Shown: positions 43,901-53,779, counted from the first letter of the stretch. The stretch is DNA of 64,000 bases from Candidatus Marinacidobacterales bacterium (GCA_965226495.1 OZ245365.1:4800001-4864000), one strand, 5' to 3'. The notes: generated by a model not told the origin, from the sequence alone. Translations and numbers: made by a program.

Positions 43901-44106
43901 TTTTCGAGAGGCTTGGTGATCAAAGCCTCCACCTCAGTGGGCGCAACCCCTTCGTACTCGGTCCGCACCGTCAGAGAGGGGTAAGTGATCTCCGGGAGGA
44001 GATCGACCGCCAGATCGTCGAAGGCCACCAGTCCGAAAACCACCGCGGCAGCCGAAAAGACGAACACCGTGACGGGCCGGCGGATGGAGAAGTCGACGAT
44101 TCTCAT
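40936..44106 (-). CDS. RND efflux permease (AcrB/MdtB family)
   Basis: GLLVDNSIVVLE, GIVVNNAIILVD and RLRPILMTT; 1056 aa. Confidence 0.96.
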   Translation of the reverse strand: MRIVDFSIRRPVTVFVFSAAAVVFGLVAFDDLAVDLLPEITYPSLTVRTEYEGVAPTEVEALITKPLENAVGVVNNVVKVSSSSRMNVSEIILEFGWDTNMDLAALDVRERLDVVELPDDADRPILLRYDPSLDPVMRIGLYGDDDLIRVRLVAEQEVKRLLERVEGVAAVLVNGGLEEEIHVEIDERRVAGLGLGINEVVTRLAQENVNLTGGRLEDGQTEYLVRTINEFERPSDMRQIIVDSSGGAMVRLEDIARIYQGHKEREVITRINGRESVEIGVYKEGGTNSVTVVSDVTERFEEVRQKLAQLDPNLQFTVITDQARYIRQSIQEVMQTAVIGGSLAILILLLFLRNIQSTAIIGVSIPISVVATFFLMYVTGISLNIMSLGGLTLGIGLLVDNSIVVLESIQRKREEGLDAVEAARVGAGEVGQAVVASTLTTICVFVPIVFVEGVAGQLFGDQALTVAFSLGVSLFVALTLIPMLASREWNQSVPEDASQHELSSLRRWLSEKSFRLGVVLVQVVKVVGRSVSAVIYGILFLPSKGFDKAFGLVTLNYPRALDVVLRRRVATILITLMLFTGSLFLLGQLGRELVPELIQGEFFVNTELPPGTHLDVTSRRLANLESVAEELEGVRTVYAIVGASNEQGGVAGERRENIGQLTLTIDGAATLEREDGLMESLRSALDQDGEMLYRFGRPTYFSFKTPIEVEIRGYNLKLLGRLADQLMGRLRTMPGLVDVKSSTEGGNPELQIRFNRDRLASFGYNVSDVAAIVRAKVLGVVATDINREDRTIDIRLRSEERFRDSTVDLSNLNIAHAGSTAIPLSAVAEVVEAEGPAEIRRGDGDRVALITANLVERDLGSASEEILQALNQMTFPAGFDWRMGGQQQEMETSFQSMRFAILLAVFMVYLVMASQFESLLHPFVILFSVPFSLIGVLITLYLFQVTVSIVVLIGVILLAGIVVNNAIILVDYTNRLRRKGQSKLEALRNAGQARLRPILMTTSTTVLGLFPMALGLGEGSELRSPMALTVIGGLVTSTALTLLLIPVVYSVFERGR

Positions 44107-44127
44107 AGAGGCGTAAAGGGAGGGGAG

Positions 44128-45483
44128 CTAGGGTTGTGTTTTACCGAGACGCTCGCTCAGCGCCTTTTCGATCTGTTCGGCGCTCATACCGCGTTGGCGC
44201 ATGCGCTCTTTCATTTGCTCCAACTGCTCCGGGGTCATCTTGGAGGGGTCCATTCTCCCCGTGCGCTGGCCGGAGCCCCGCAATTCCGAGTCTCCCCCGG
44301 CACCGGAACTCCCGCCTAGGGCGACAGCTTGTCCCGCGCCGGGCGCCCGGGGAGGGACTGCCGCAAGGGGTTCCGCACCGGGGCCCTTGAGAACGAAGAC
44401 CGGAGTACCGTCGCTCAAACCGTCTTGGCCAACGACCACCACGCGGTCCTCTTCCCCGAGCCCGGAAAGGACTTCAACGAAGTCCGACTCTTCGAACCCG
44501 AGCCCGATGTCCCGCCGTTCCGCCAGCCCCTCGTTGACCACGTAGACGGTGTCGCCGAGGCTTTCAAGGGACAAAGCCGACTTGGGAATGACGAGGGCGT
44601 CGGCATGAAAATCGCGCACCAAATAGACGCTCGCGAACATTCCCGGCGAGAGTTTTCCCCTCGCCTTCACTTGTAGCGTCACCTCGATCGTACCGGTATC
44701 GGCATTCACTACCGGGCGAATCCGTAGCACGCGTGCCGAGAACCGCTCCCCAGGCCAAGCCTCAACAGTGATGTAGGCAGTTTGGGACACCTTCAGGTTC
44801 GACAGCTCCTTCTCCGGAACCTGGATCGGGCAAAGAAGAGGATCGAAGTCCGAGAGACGGAAGAGCTTTTGATGAGTGGTGACGTTCTCCGCGAACTTGA
44901 TGTACCTCTCGATGATGATTCCGGCGAACGGCGCTTCGATTTTCGAGTAGCCGAGTAGAATCTGACTCCCCTCGAGCTGAGCCTCCGCCGACTCCAACCT
45001 GGTCAGTGTCTGGTCGTAGACCTCCTGGCTGATCACGCTCTCCTCGAAGGAGGCCTTGGCGCGTTCGTGGGTGCGCTTTGCCTCCACGACGGCGACTCGG
45101 GCAATGCCGACCTGCGCCTGCAACTCTTCGTCATCGATCCGTGCCAGAAGCTGTCCCTTCTCGACGACCATCCCTTCCTCGACTAGAAGCTCCACCACCG
45201 GCCCCGCGGTCCGGGCAACGATGTCGACCTCGTTTTCGGCTTCCAACGTTCCGTTCGTCTCGATGAAGGAGGATATCGATCGTCGTTCGGGTTGGGCGAC
45301 CTCGATCGGAACGCCCGCGTCGGTCTCCGGGGAACCCTCGCGGTTACCTTCCCTTCCTCCCCCCGGTCCGGAAGCCCCGTGCCCACCCCCTCCGTGCGGG
45401 CTGTCAGATGGCTTGTCGCCGCCGCAGGCGAGTAGGCTCCACACGATTGCGATCGCAGAAATGTACTGGCCGTGTTTCGTCAT
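44128..45483 (-). CDS. RND periplasmic adaptor (membrane fusion protein), lipoprotein
   Basis: LLAC lipobox; IEAPFAG, LSPGMF and VEVLSGL motifs. Confidence 0.93.
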   Translation of the reverse strand: MTKHGQYISAIAIVWSLLACGGDKPSDSPHGGGGHGASGPGGGREGNREGSPETDAGVPIEVAQPERRSISSFIETNGTLEAENEVDIVARTAGPVVELLVEEGMVVEKGQLLARIDDEELQAQVGIARVAVVEAKRTHERAKASFEESVISQEVYDQTLTRLESAEAQLEGSQILLGYSKIEAPFAGIIIERYIKFAENVTTHQKLFRLSDFDPLLCPIQVPEKELSNLKVSQTAYITVEAWPGERFSARVLRIRPVVNADTGTIEVTLQVKARGKLSPGMFASVYLVRDFHADALVIPKSALSLESLGDTVYVVNEGLAERRDIGLGFEESDFVEVLSGLGEEDRVVVVGQDGLSDGTPVFVLKGPGAEPLAAVPPRAPGAGQAVALGGSSGAGGDSELRGSGQRTGRMDPSKMTPEQLEQMKERMRQRGMSAEQIEKALSERLGKTQP

Positions 45484-45503
45484 TCTTTCTTCTGGGTCCT
45501 CTC

Positions 45504-48500
45504 TCAGGCAGCGCGGATGACGCGTTGCCAATATACGGCGAAATCATCGACCAGCGAATAGATCGTGGGGATAATCACTAGCGTCAGGAAAGTGGAAGTG
45601 GTCAGGCCTCCCAAGATCACGAGACCCACCGGCGCCCAGTTGCCCGCCCAACCTTCCGGGCTCCCTAACCAACTTGGAAAGATCACCGGCGCGACCATCG
45701 GGGTCAGACCGAGAATCGTGGTCAATGCGGTCATTAGAATGGGGCGCAGTCGGTGCCTGCCCCCGGTAACGATGGCCTCGTTGCGGCTCATCCCCTGCCA
45801 ACGAAGATGATTGATGTGGTCGATGAGCACGATTGCGTTGTTCACGACCACCCCGACGAGAATGATCAAACCGAGATTGGTCATGTTATCGAGCGGCTGG
45901 TTCGTCAACTTCAGAATCACACCCACTCCGATGAAGGCGAATGGGATCGAGAACATGATGGTCAGTGGCTGCACGAAACTCTCGAAGAGCGCAGCCATGA
46001 TCAAATAGATCAAAAGCAGCGCGAAGATGATCCCAAACCGAGCACTGCCCATATCCGATTGAGCCCACCGCTCCCACCTCCCGAAGGTCCAGCTATACCC
46101 GGGCGGCAAATTTATCGAATCGGTAATCCCGCGCACCTCTTCCATCATTCGGAAGGAAGTTCCCTGCGAAGTCGTATTAGCGGTAACAGTTATCTTGGGC
46201 CGTCGGTCGACCCGCTCGATCGTTCGTGCGCTTTCTTCGATCCGGAACTCGGCCAACGCATCGATGGGCAGCACCGCTTCCCCTGAGAAGATGGGGGTTT
46301 TCTTGAGCTGGTCCAGCGTCTCCCGATCCTCTTCGCGAAACTGCATCACCACATCGATTTCCCGATCATCGCTTTTCAATCGGGTTACTGGCCGGGACGA
46401 CAGCGCGTTGTTGATAGTGAAAGCGACGGCGCGGGTCGAAAGCCCAGCCTGAAGCGCCCTCTCTCGATCCACCTCGACGCGAATTTCGTCGTCGCCGCTT
46501 TCGAGCGAGGAATCGACATCTCGCACCCAGGGTAGAGCCTCCAACGCCGCGACGACCTTCTCGGAAAGAAGCTCGAGGACCGCCATGTCATCACCCATGA
46601 TCTCCATCGAGATGCCGAACCTGCCGCCGCCGTGGCCGGAGCTACTGGCGATCTTGAAGTTCACTCCGGCCTTGACCGGCATGACGGCCCGGATGCGCTC
46701 CCGGGCTTCGCGGGTCGTGAGCCTGGCCTCTTCCTCCCCAACCAGAAAGATGTCGAATTTCTTGGAACCTCCCCAACCACCCCTCGAACGTCCACCACGG
46801 CGCGAGTACTCATACACGATGTCCGAGATGTCCAGATCTTCTCTTCGCTGGTCGAGGATGTCGGCCACCTCCGCATAGAGAGCCTGCGTTTGCTCGAAGG
46901 CGTAGTGGCGTGGGGTATCGAGATAGATCGTAACCTGCCTTTCCATGCTGCGAGGAGAAAAGGTTCGCTCGATGGTCCCAAACAAAGCCCAGGAGCCATA
47001 GAGCATTGCAACGATGCCAACGATAAAGAAGGTCCGGTGCCGTAGCGAAAAACCAATAATGTAACCGTACCCCCGCGTCATCGACTCCACCATTTGCGAC
47101 CCGCGCGGTGCTTCACCCCGGAGAAGAACCGCGGCCACCATCGGCACCACAGTAAGAGCGACCAAGAGCGAGGACACCATCACAACCACGATGGTGGTCC
47201 CGATGTCGGTCATGAATCGCATGAAGCCGCCACCCAGAGAGCCCAAAAAAATCAACGGAACGAAGACGCAGATGGTGGTCAAGGTGGAGGCCATGATGGG
47301 CATGGCCACCTCGCTGGTGCCCTGCAATGCCGCAGTGCGAGCGTCTTCCCCAAGTTCTTCGTGGTGACGGAAGATTGATTCGATGACTACGATGGAGTTA
47401 TCGACCAGCATCCCGAGAGCCAACATCAACCCCATCAAGCTGATGATGTTGATAGTGATCTCGCTGAACTCGAGCTGGCGCATGAAATACAAGATGACGA
47501 AAGTGAGCACGACGGAGAGAGGAATGGATATAGCTACCAGGAGCGTCGTCCTGAGGCGTCGGAGAAAGACGAAAATAAAAGCGATCGCCAACGCGCCACC
47601 CAGAATCCCGGCATTGCGAAGCTGCCCCAATCCTTTTCGTACATCCACCGACGAATCGCGGTAATAACGGACCGACAGTCCCGCCGCCCGTGGCATCGAC
47701 TTGATCTCTTCCATCTCGACCTTGACCCTATCCACCACCTCCAGCAAATTAGCAGTCGACGCCTTGTAAACACGAGCGGTGAGGGCCTCCCCATCGTTCA
47801 GGAAGTTGAACTCGTCCTGTCGCGGGTAGGTGTATTCCACGTCGGCCACATCACCCAGCCGAACTCCATTGACGGGAAGGTTCCGGACCTCTTTCGCCGT
47901 CTCGAACTCTCCCAGCGAGCGCACCAGGAGCTTGCGCGAGCCTTCCTTGATGAAGCCCCCCGATAGGTTGTAGTTGTTGTTTCGGAGGACGTCCGCCAGG
48001 CCCCGGACGTCCAGGCCGTGCGCGCGCATCCGCGCCGGGTTGATCCGGACTTGGAGCTCTCTCTTCTTCAGGCCCCCAATCTCGATCTGGGCTACCCCTT
48101 CGAGCCGCTCCAAGCGTCGCTGCAGCACGTTCTCGACGAAGTCATGGAGCTGGTCCTTGTCCCAGTCGGCGCTCACGTGAAAACGAAGGACGGGAATATC
48201 CGAACTCTGGAAGCGTCGGATCTCGATCCGCCTCAAGTCGTCGGGGAGCAAGTTTCGGACGCGGTCGATCCGATCGCGAACTTCGACCGCCGCCAAATCC
48301 ATGTCGGTGCCATCCACGAAACTGATGCTCACACTACCTTGATTGGCCGAGGCGGTGGCAGTTAACGTATCGATCCCGTTGACGGTGCCGAGAATGTCCT
48401 CGAGCGGCCTCACGATCAACCGCTCCACTTCATCGGGCGACGAAGACTCATACGGTGCCCGCACCCATATGCTGGAGGAAGCGAAAGCGGGGAGGAACTC

Positions 48501-48611
48501 CAGCGGGAGACGAGTGAGAGAGAGCCAGCCCATCACGATGATACCCATGATCGCCATGCTCATCGTGACGCGCCGCTCTACTGCGAAACGCGCGATTGGA
48601 TTGATCCTCAT
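45504..48611 (-). CDS. RND efflux permease (second paralog)
   Basis: GMLVDNSIVVIE, GVVVNNAIVLID and RLRPILMT; 1035 aa. Confidence 0.96.
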   Translation of the reverse strand: MRINPIARFAVERRVTMSMAIMGIIVMGWLSLTRLPLEFLPAFASSSIWVRAPYESSSPDEVERLIVRPLEDILGTVNGIDTLTATASANQGSVSISFVDGTDMDLAAVEVRDRIDRVRNLLPDDLRRIEIRRFQSSDIPVLRFHVSADWDKDQLHDFVENVLQRRLERLEGVAQIEIGGLKKRELQVRINPARMRAHGLDVRGLADVLRNNNYNLSGGFIKEGSRKLLVRSLGEFETAKEVRNLPVNGVRLGDVADVEYTYPRQDEFNFLNDGEALTARVYKASTANLLEVVDRVKVEMEEIKSMPRAAGLSVRYYRDSSVDVRKGLGQLRNAGILGGALAIAFIFVFLRRLRTTLLVAISIPLSVVLTFVILYFMRQLEFSEITINIISLMGLMLALGMLVDNSIVVIESIFRHHEELGEDARTAALQGTSEVAMPIMASTLTTICVFVPLIFLGSLGGGFMRFMTDIGTTIVVVMVSSLLVALTVVPMVAAVLLRGEAPRGSQMVESMTRGYGYIIGFSLRHRTFFIVGIVAMLYGSWALFGTIERTFSPRSMERQVTIYLDTPRHYAFEQTQALYAEVADILDQRREDLDISDIVYEYSRRGGRSRGGWGGSKKFDIFLVGEEEARLTTREARERIRAVMPVKAGVNFKIASSSGHGGGRFGISMEIMGDDMAVLELLSEKVVAALEALPWVRDVDSSLESGDDEIRVEVDRERALQAGLSTRAVAFTINNALSSRPVTRLKSDDREIDVVMQFREEDRETLDQLKKTPIFSGEAVLPIDALAEFRIEESARTIERVDRRPKITVTANTTSQGTSFRMMEEVRGITDSINLPPGYSWTFGRWERWAQSDMGSARFGIIFALLLIYLIMAALFESFVQPLTIMFSIPFAFIGVGVILKLTNQPLDNMTNLGLIILVGVVVNNAIVLIDHINHLRWQGMSRNEAIVTGGRHRLRPILMTALTTILGLTPMVAPVIFPSWLGSPEGWAGNWAPVGLVILGGLTTSTFLTLVIIPTIYSLVDDFAVYWQRVIRAA

Positions 48612-48991
48612 CGTTCCTGATGCCTCTGCTTACGTTTCTCGTCTTCGCGCGCCACCATCTCGTCGAACTTCTCTTTCTGCTCCGGATTCAGTAGCACACG
48701 AATGTCTTGCCTAAACTCCTGTCGCAATGTGTCGAAAGCGGCTCGGGACTCGCTCCAAAACGCGTGGGCACGCTCGCGATTGGACGCGATCGTTTTCTCG
48801 AGTGCGGCCTTCTGCTCCGCATCGAGGTCGAGCTCATGGGTGAGCTTCGCTAAAAGCTTGGCACCCCGCTCCCCATGTCGGTGAGAGCTCTCGCTCTCGA
48901 GCAACAGCCGATCGAGGGCCACTCCCAAACCCATTCCAACGATGAGCGTCAACCCGAGCGCCACCCACATCCATTTACGAGACGATGTCAT
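48608..48991 (-). CDS. Periplasmic Spy/CpxP/heavy-metal-sensor-like small protein
   Basis: N-terminal TM; ELDLDAEQ and LLNPEQ (LTxxQ-like) motifs. Confidence 0.75.
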   Translation of the reverse strand: MTSSRKWMWVALGLTLIVGMGLGVALDRLLLESESSHRHGERGAKLLAKLTHELDLDAEQKAALEKTIASNRERAHAFWSESRAAFDTLRQEFRQDIRVLLNPEQKEKFDEMVAREDEKRKQRHQER

Positions 48992-49021
48992 TTAGATTGC
49001 CTCACTCCGGGCTCGCTCCTT

Positions 49022-49106
49022 CACCCTGCGCGAGGAGCCATCAGCTGTCCCGAAGCCGCTTGCCGGCGAAGGGACGGCGGTGGGGGTGGGGCCCCGCCGC
49101 ACTGAT
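49022..49106. repeat. Fourth copy of the dispersed hairpin repeat (opposite orientation)
   Basis: Reverse complement matches 1409-1494 with about four differences. Confidence 0.93.
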
Positions 49107-49136
49107 GAAAGGCGCGGTGCATTCTCTCCCCACCTG

Positions 49137-49598
49137 CTAGGGCTCCATTCCCGGGAACGGCTCGAGGGCAATGCTCAGAACCAGATTCTGTAGCGCCGCC
49201 TCCTCGGACACGACGGAAAACCCATTCCCTAGCTCCTGCGCCTCCAGCTCGGTCAAGGCTCCTTCTGTTTCCGAGAGCCATACCGCCGCGATGGCAACCA
49301 GAATGGCGGCCACCGCCAGAGGTACCAGCCGAACCGCCAGCCACTTCCAAAAAAACCTGGGACCCGCAGATCCGAACTCTTCCTCGCGTTTCGCGCCGAA
49401 GCGGGCAATGAATCCTGGATCGGCCTCCGCGGAATCAGCGCCAACCGACAACATCCGGGAGAGGCTTTGCAGCGACTCGAGCTCCTCCTGGCAGGCCGGG
49501 CACGTCTTGATGTGCTCGCGCAACGCCTCACGGTCGTTCGCCGGCAGCTCTCCGTCCAAGAAGGCGGAGTAGAGCGGCTCCCATCGCTCACAGCTCAT
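49137..49598 (-). CDS. Zinc-finger (HxxxCxxC) anti-sigma factor
   Basis: SAFLDGEL...EHIKTCPACQ, followed by a TM helix. Confidence 0.9.
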   Translation of the reverse strand: MSCERWEPLYSAFLDGELPANDREALREHIKTCPACQEELESLQSLSRMLSVGADSAEADPGFIARFGAKREEEFGSAGPRFFWKWLAVRLVPLAVAAILVAIAAVWLSETEGALTELEAQELGNGFSVVSEEAALQNLVLSIALEPFPGMEP

Positions 49599-50181
49599 CG
49601 CTTCCCTCCCTCGCACGCCCAGTCGGTGATCTCAACTCTCGGAGCCGAGACCTGAGCTCCAAGCGGCCCCGGTGCACGCGGATTTGGACCGTTCCCAAGG
49701 GCCACCCGAGAAGCTCCGCAATTTCCCGGTAGGTCATGCCTTCCATTTCTCGCAGTATCAAGGCCGTTCGATACTCCTCACGCATCTCCGAAAGCGCCAT
49801 CGCGACATGCCGTTCCAACTCGTGGGCCGCCGTGAGAGCCTCGGCGGACGTGGTCCGACTCTCATCTAGCTCCAGGCCTCTAATCTCCGCGCTTTCCAGG
49901 GAAATCTCTCCCTTGCGACGAATCCGCCGCAGCTCGTCGTGTGCCCGGTTGATTGCAATCCGGTAGAGCCAAGCCTTGACCGAGGCTCCACCTCGAAACG
50001 TGGCGGCCTTCCGATAGGCTCGCAAGAAAGCATCCTGCGCAACATCCTCGGCTAGCCCCCAATCTCGAACCAAGCCATACGCCAGCTTGCGGAGCGGGGC
50101 TTCGTAGCGCCCGACCAGCGTCTCGAACGCTCGTTCATCACCTGTAAGGAACCGAGAGAGTAATTGCTCGTCCGAATCCAC
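49588..50181 (-). CDS. ECF RNA polymerase sigma factor
   Basis: AEDVAQDAFLRAY, WLYRIAIN and YREIAELLGWPLGTV motifs. Confidence 0.95.
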   Translation of the reverse strand: MDSDEQLLSRFLTGDERAFETLVGRYEAPLRKLAYGLVRDWGLAEDVAQDAFLRAYRKAATFRGGASVKAWLYRIAINRAHDELRRIRRKGEISLESAEIRGLELDESRTTSAEALTAAHELERHVAMALSEMREEYRTALILREMEGMTYREIAELLGWPLGTVQIRVHRGRLELRSRLRELRSPTGRAREGSDEL

Positions 50182-50428
50182 GGCCCGCCTCGAGTGTCAA
50201 AACATTGGCGGACTCTGGACATGGCTATCAAAGACAAAGACGTCCGCCGTGGCTATTCTATTTCAGGGCAAGTGTGCAGTTGCCTGGACGGCCTGGACGG
50301 CCTGCACAGCCTGCACAGCTTGACAGCCCGTAACCCGTCACTATACCGTAACTTCCGGGCCGCCGCCCGGGCGTGGCTTTTTTGCGCTCCGGCGTCCAGC
50401 GACCGCCTCTTGATACGAAGGAGTACCC

Positions 50429-50841
50429 TTGGATCTCCGCGTGGTCCAGACCGCCACCCGCAGCATCACCCCCTGACCGAGGAGCACGTGAAGAAGTTCG
50501 CGGAAATCTCGGGCGACTACAATCCCCTCCACTTCAATGAAACCTTCGCCGCTGAGACGAAGTTCGGACGGCTCGTCGTGCAAGGCGGGCTCACAACCGG
50601 GCTGTTGCACGCCCTGGTGGCGATGGACATGCCGGGTCCGGGCACCGTGTTTCTCAGTCAAAACTGGAAGTTCACCGCTCCCGTCTTCATCGGCGACACG
50701 ATTACCGCCGAGGCCGAAGTCACGAGCGTTCACGCATCGAAGCCCGTGACCGGGCTCGCGGTTAAGGTGAGCCGCGCTAATGGGGAGACGGTGCTCGACG
50801 GCGAGGCGTGGTGCTACACCTTTGAGCCGCAGGCCAGGTGA
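50429..50841 (+). pseudogene. MaoC-family dehydratase with a frameshift in a C5 run near the 5' end
   Basis: AAGGAG-TTG start reads MDLRVVQTATRSIT, then a stop. The MaoC body (FAEISGDYNPLH...PVFIGDTI) is in another frame from ~50473. Confidence 0.7.
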
Positions 50842-50900
50842 GTGCTCGGCCGTTACGAGCGCGACATTCCCTTCGTCCGGCTGAAAAGGAAAGCCACCGC

Positions 50901-51662
50901 CTAGGGGTGATTCGAATGAGCACGCTCCGTGCGCGCGTAGAGATCGCGTAACGTCGCGAGCTCCTTCGCCGTCGGTGCCTGCGTTTGTTCGAGCTCGCGC
51001 GACATGCTCAGGCTCCAGCCGGTCCCCTGTTCGACTTGCTCGAAAGTGGTTCCAGGGTGAAGCGAAGTCAAGATCAACTCCTCCCGATCCGCGACACGCT
51101 CCAGAATCCCAAGATCGGTGATGACCCGGGTGACACCCTTCACCTGTCCCTCCGCCAGCGCACTCGAACCTACCGACGTCACGAAATCGAGACGTTCCAC
51201 GAACGTCCTTTTGCTTTGGCGAACAATGACGAAGACTTCGCCGGAGGACGTGGCGATCTCTGAAGCACCACCTGCTCCCGGAAGTCGTACCGTCGGCTTT
51301 CGATAATCACCAATCACCGTCGTGTTGATGTTGCCGAAACGGTCGATCTGAGCCGCACCGAGAAAACCGACGTCGATGCGCCCACCCTGTAGCCAATAGC
51401 GGAAGACTTCGGGAGTCGAGACGACGCTGAATGCGGTCTCCGCCAATTCACCGTCGCCGATCGATAGTGGCAGGACTTCTGGTTGGGCACCAATCGTCCC
51501 CGATTCGTATATCAAGACGACGTCGGGGGCGTGAGTCAACCGCGCCAAGTTTGCTGCAGCGCTGGGCAAACCGATACCGACGAAACAGACGGTGCCATTA
51601 CGAAGAGCGCGCGCCGCCGCCACGGTCATCATCTCTTCGGCGGTGTAAGAGCCGTCAGACAT
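50901..51662 (-). CDS. CoA-transferase beta subunit (glutaconate/3-oxoadipate type)
   Basis: FVGIGLP, IYESG, GAAQIDRFGNIN and RLPGAGGA motifs. Confidence 0.93.
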   Translation of the reverse strand: MSDGSYTAEEMMTVAAARALRNGTVCFVGIGLPSAAANLARLTHAPDVVLIYESGTIGAQPEVLPLSIGDGELAETAFSVVSTPEVFRYWLQGGRIDVGFLGAAQIDRFGNINTTVIGDYRKPTVRLPGAGGASEIATSSGEVFVIVRQSKRTFVERLDFVTSVGSSALAEGQVKGVTRVITDLGILERVADREELILTSLHPGTTFEQVEQGTGWSLSMSRELEQTQAPTAKELATLRDLYARTERAHSNHP

Positions 51663-52509
51663 CCCTCGGTCTCGCGAGGCTCGTGAGGTAGCCGTCGAAA
51701 TCACCGGTCTCCAAAACGTGCCGTCTCATCCACACTTCGAAAGTCTCTCGATCGCGTGCGATCAAATCCCATTCCTGATAGAAAGTATTGTCCCTCCGAG
51801 TGTAGCCAAGCGCATACGATGGGTGAGCACCACCCGGAGCTTCGCAGACCGCCGTGACCACCCAATGCGGGAGCATGACCGCGTTGGGCCTTGTCTCGAA
51901 GCCGTCGACGATCTCCTCCACGGTAACAATGGATTTCTTCGAAGCCAGCACGGCTTCCCTTTGTACACCCACGATGCCCCAGATCATCACGTTGCCGAGG
52001 CGGTCGGCCTGCTGCGCATGGATGATCGTCACGTCGGGCCGCGTCGCAGGTACGGCGGCGAGCTCCTCCTCGGTGAAAGGACATTGGATGCGCTTGATTC
52101 TCGGGTTGACCTTCGGCAAGTCCGAACCCAAGTAGCCGCGGATCACCGCGAATGGTAGTCCGGCGGCGCCCGCCTCGTAGGCGCTCGCCATGGCTGCATG
52201 GCTGTGCTCCTCGAGCTCGAGCCGACGTGGCCATCCATTCTCGACGGCATCCCGGAATCGATGAAGAGAACCAACGCCTGGATTACCGCCCCAGGAAAAA
52301 ACCAGCCTGCGTGCATATCCCATCCCGATGAGCTGATCATAAATCAGGTCGGGAGTCATCCGGACCAAAGTAAGGTCTCGTTTGCCTTGGCGGATCACCT
52401 CGTGGCCCGCGGCGTGGGGGATCAGATGCGTGAAGCCCTCCATCGCGACCGTTTGCCCGTCGCGAACAAGCTCGGCAATCGCTTCACGGAAACTCGTGAT
52501 CTCGGCCAC
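51655..52509 (-). CDS. CoA-transferase alpha subunit (glutaconate/3-oxoadipate type)
   Basis: EGFTHLIP, SWGGNPGVG, AGAAGLPF and IHAQQAD motifs. Confidence 0.93.
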   Translation of the reverse strand: MAEITSFREAIAELVRDGQTVAMEGFTHLIPHAAGHEVIRQGKRDLTLVRMTPDLIYDQLIGMGYARRLVFSWGGNPGVGSLHRFRDAVENGWPRRLELEEHSHAAMASAYEAGAAGLPFAVIRGYLGSDLPKVNPRIKRIQCPFTEEELAAVPATRPDVTIIHAQQADRLGNVMIWGIVGVQREAVLASKKSIVTVEEIVDGFETRPNAVMLPHWVVTAVCEAPGGAHPSYALGYTRRDNTFYQEWDLIARDRETFEVWMRRHVLETGDFDGYLTSLARPRDV

Positions 52510-53568
52510 GACACAATATGACGGCAGCGCTTTCGCGTTTGCAAGCCGAGCGACGGCGAAACCGCGCGATCCTATGTTAGCCTTGTCGTGCTACCCGAAT
52601 GATGAGACCCGCTGCCCTTCTCGTTCTTCTTCTCGCGGCGCCTGCCACAGGGCAAGAGAGCTGGCCGCAATGGAGAGGCCCGCATCGCGATGGGGCGTTG
52701 CTCGGCTTTTCCGCTCCAACCAGTTGGCCGGATCGCCTAGAGATGAAATGGAAACAAGAAATTGGCTCGGGCTATGCATCCCCGGTGGTCAGCAATGGGA
52801 GGGTCTATGTGTTCTCCCGCCAGGAAGAACGGGAGCTCATTTCCTGCCTGGAACTCACGAGCGGTAAGATTCTTTGGCAACAAAGCTATCCCGCCCCCTA
52901 TCGTGTAAACCCCGCGGCCGCCTCGCACGGCCCCGGCCCGAAGTCGACGCCCGTGCTAGACGACGGCAAGCTGTGCGTCTTCGGTCTCAGCGGGATTCTT
53001 TCCTGCTATGAAGCGAAGAGTGGGATTCCACTTTGGCGAAAAGGGTTCTCGGATCAGTTTTCCGCCAACGCCCCGGTGTACGGCGCGGCGATGTCGCCTC
53101 TAGTGAGAGACGGCGTGTTGTATCTACACGTCGGAGGAAACGACGACGGTGCGTTCACCGCGTTTTCGATAGGCACTGGAGAAGTCGAGTGGCGATGGGA
53201 CGGAGACGGGCCCGCCTATGCTTCTCCCGTTCTTACCAAGCTCGGAGGCGTCCGACAGATCGTCACGTTCACCGAGGGGGCTCTACTTGGCCTCGACCTA
53301 TCTGGGGGGAAGCTTCTGTGGCGCATCCCCTTCACCACCGCGTGGAATCAAAACTCGGTCACACCCCTAGTTCTCGGAGACACGATCATCTACTCCGGGC
53401 TGGAAAAAGGCATCACCGCGGTCAAAGTCACTCGGAGCGGCGGAAAATGGAACACCGAGACCCTCTGGGAGAATGACGACCTTTCGATGTACATGAGCTC
53501 ACCGGTCGTAGACGGAGATCTCCTATTTGGTCTTTCCCAGTACAAGAAGGGCCAGGTCTTCTGTCTCG

Positions 53569-53779
53569 ACGTACGGACCGGCAAGACGCTTTGGGTTAGT
53601 GAAGATTGACCGAAGCGCCGCATTCGCTTCCAGCGTCGTCGCGTCCACACCCAGTGTCTTGGACGCTAGAATTTCTAGCACCCATCCAAATACAGATTCG
53701 TGAACTTCCAGCGGAAGCTTTGGAATGGTCCGGCGTTCGTCCAACGTACGGACCGGCAAGACGCTTTGGGTTAGTGAAG
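53569..53779. repeat. 36-bp perfect direct repeat (53569-53604, 53744-53779)
   Basis: acgtacggaccggcaagacgctttgggttagtgaag occurs twice, with a period of 175 bp. Confidence 0.95.
53605..53743 (-). mobile_element. Internal fragment of a DDE transposase (IS1182/IS5-like)
   Basis: Translates as LEVHESVFGWVLEILASKTLGVDATTLEANAALRSI, recognised from memory as the first-Asp region of such transposases. Confidence 0.7.

Noticed and set aside
53569-53779. 36-bp direct repeats as a minimal CRISPR array
   Set aside because: Only two copies, the repeat is host coding sequence, the 139-bp spacer is too long, and no cas genes are present.
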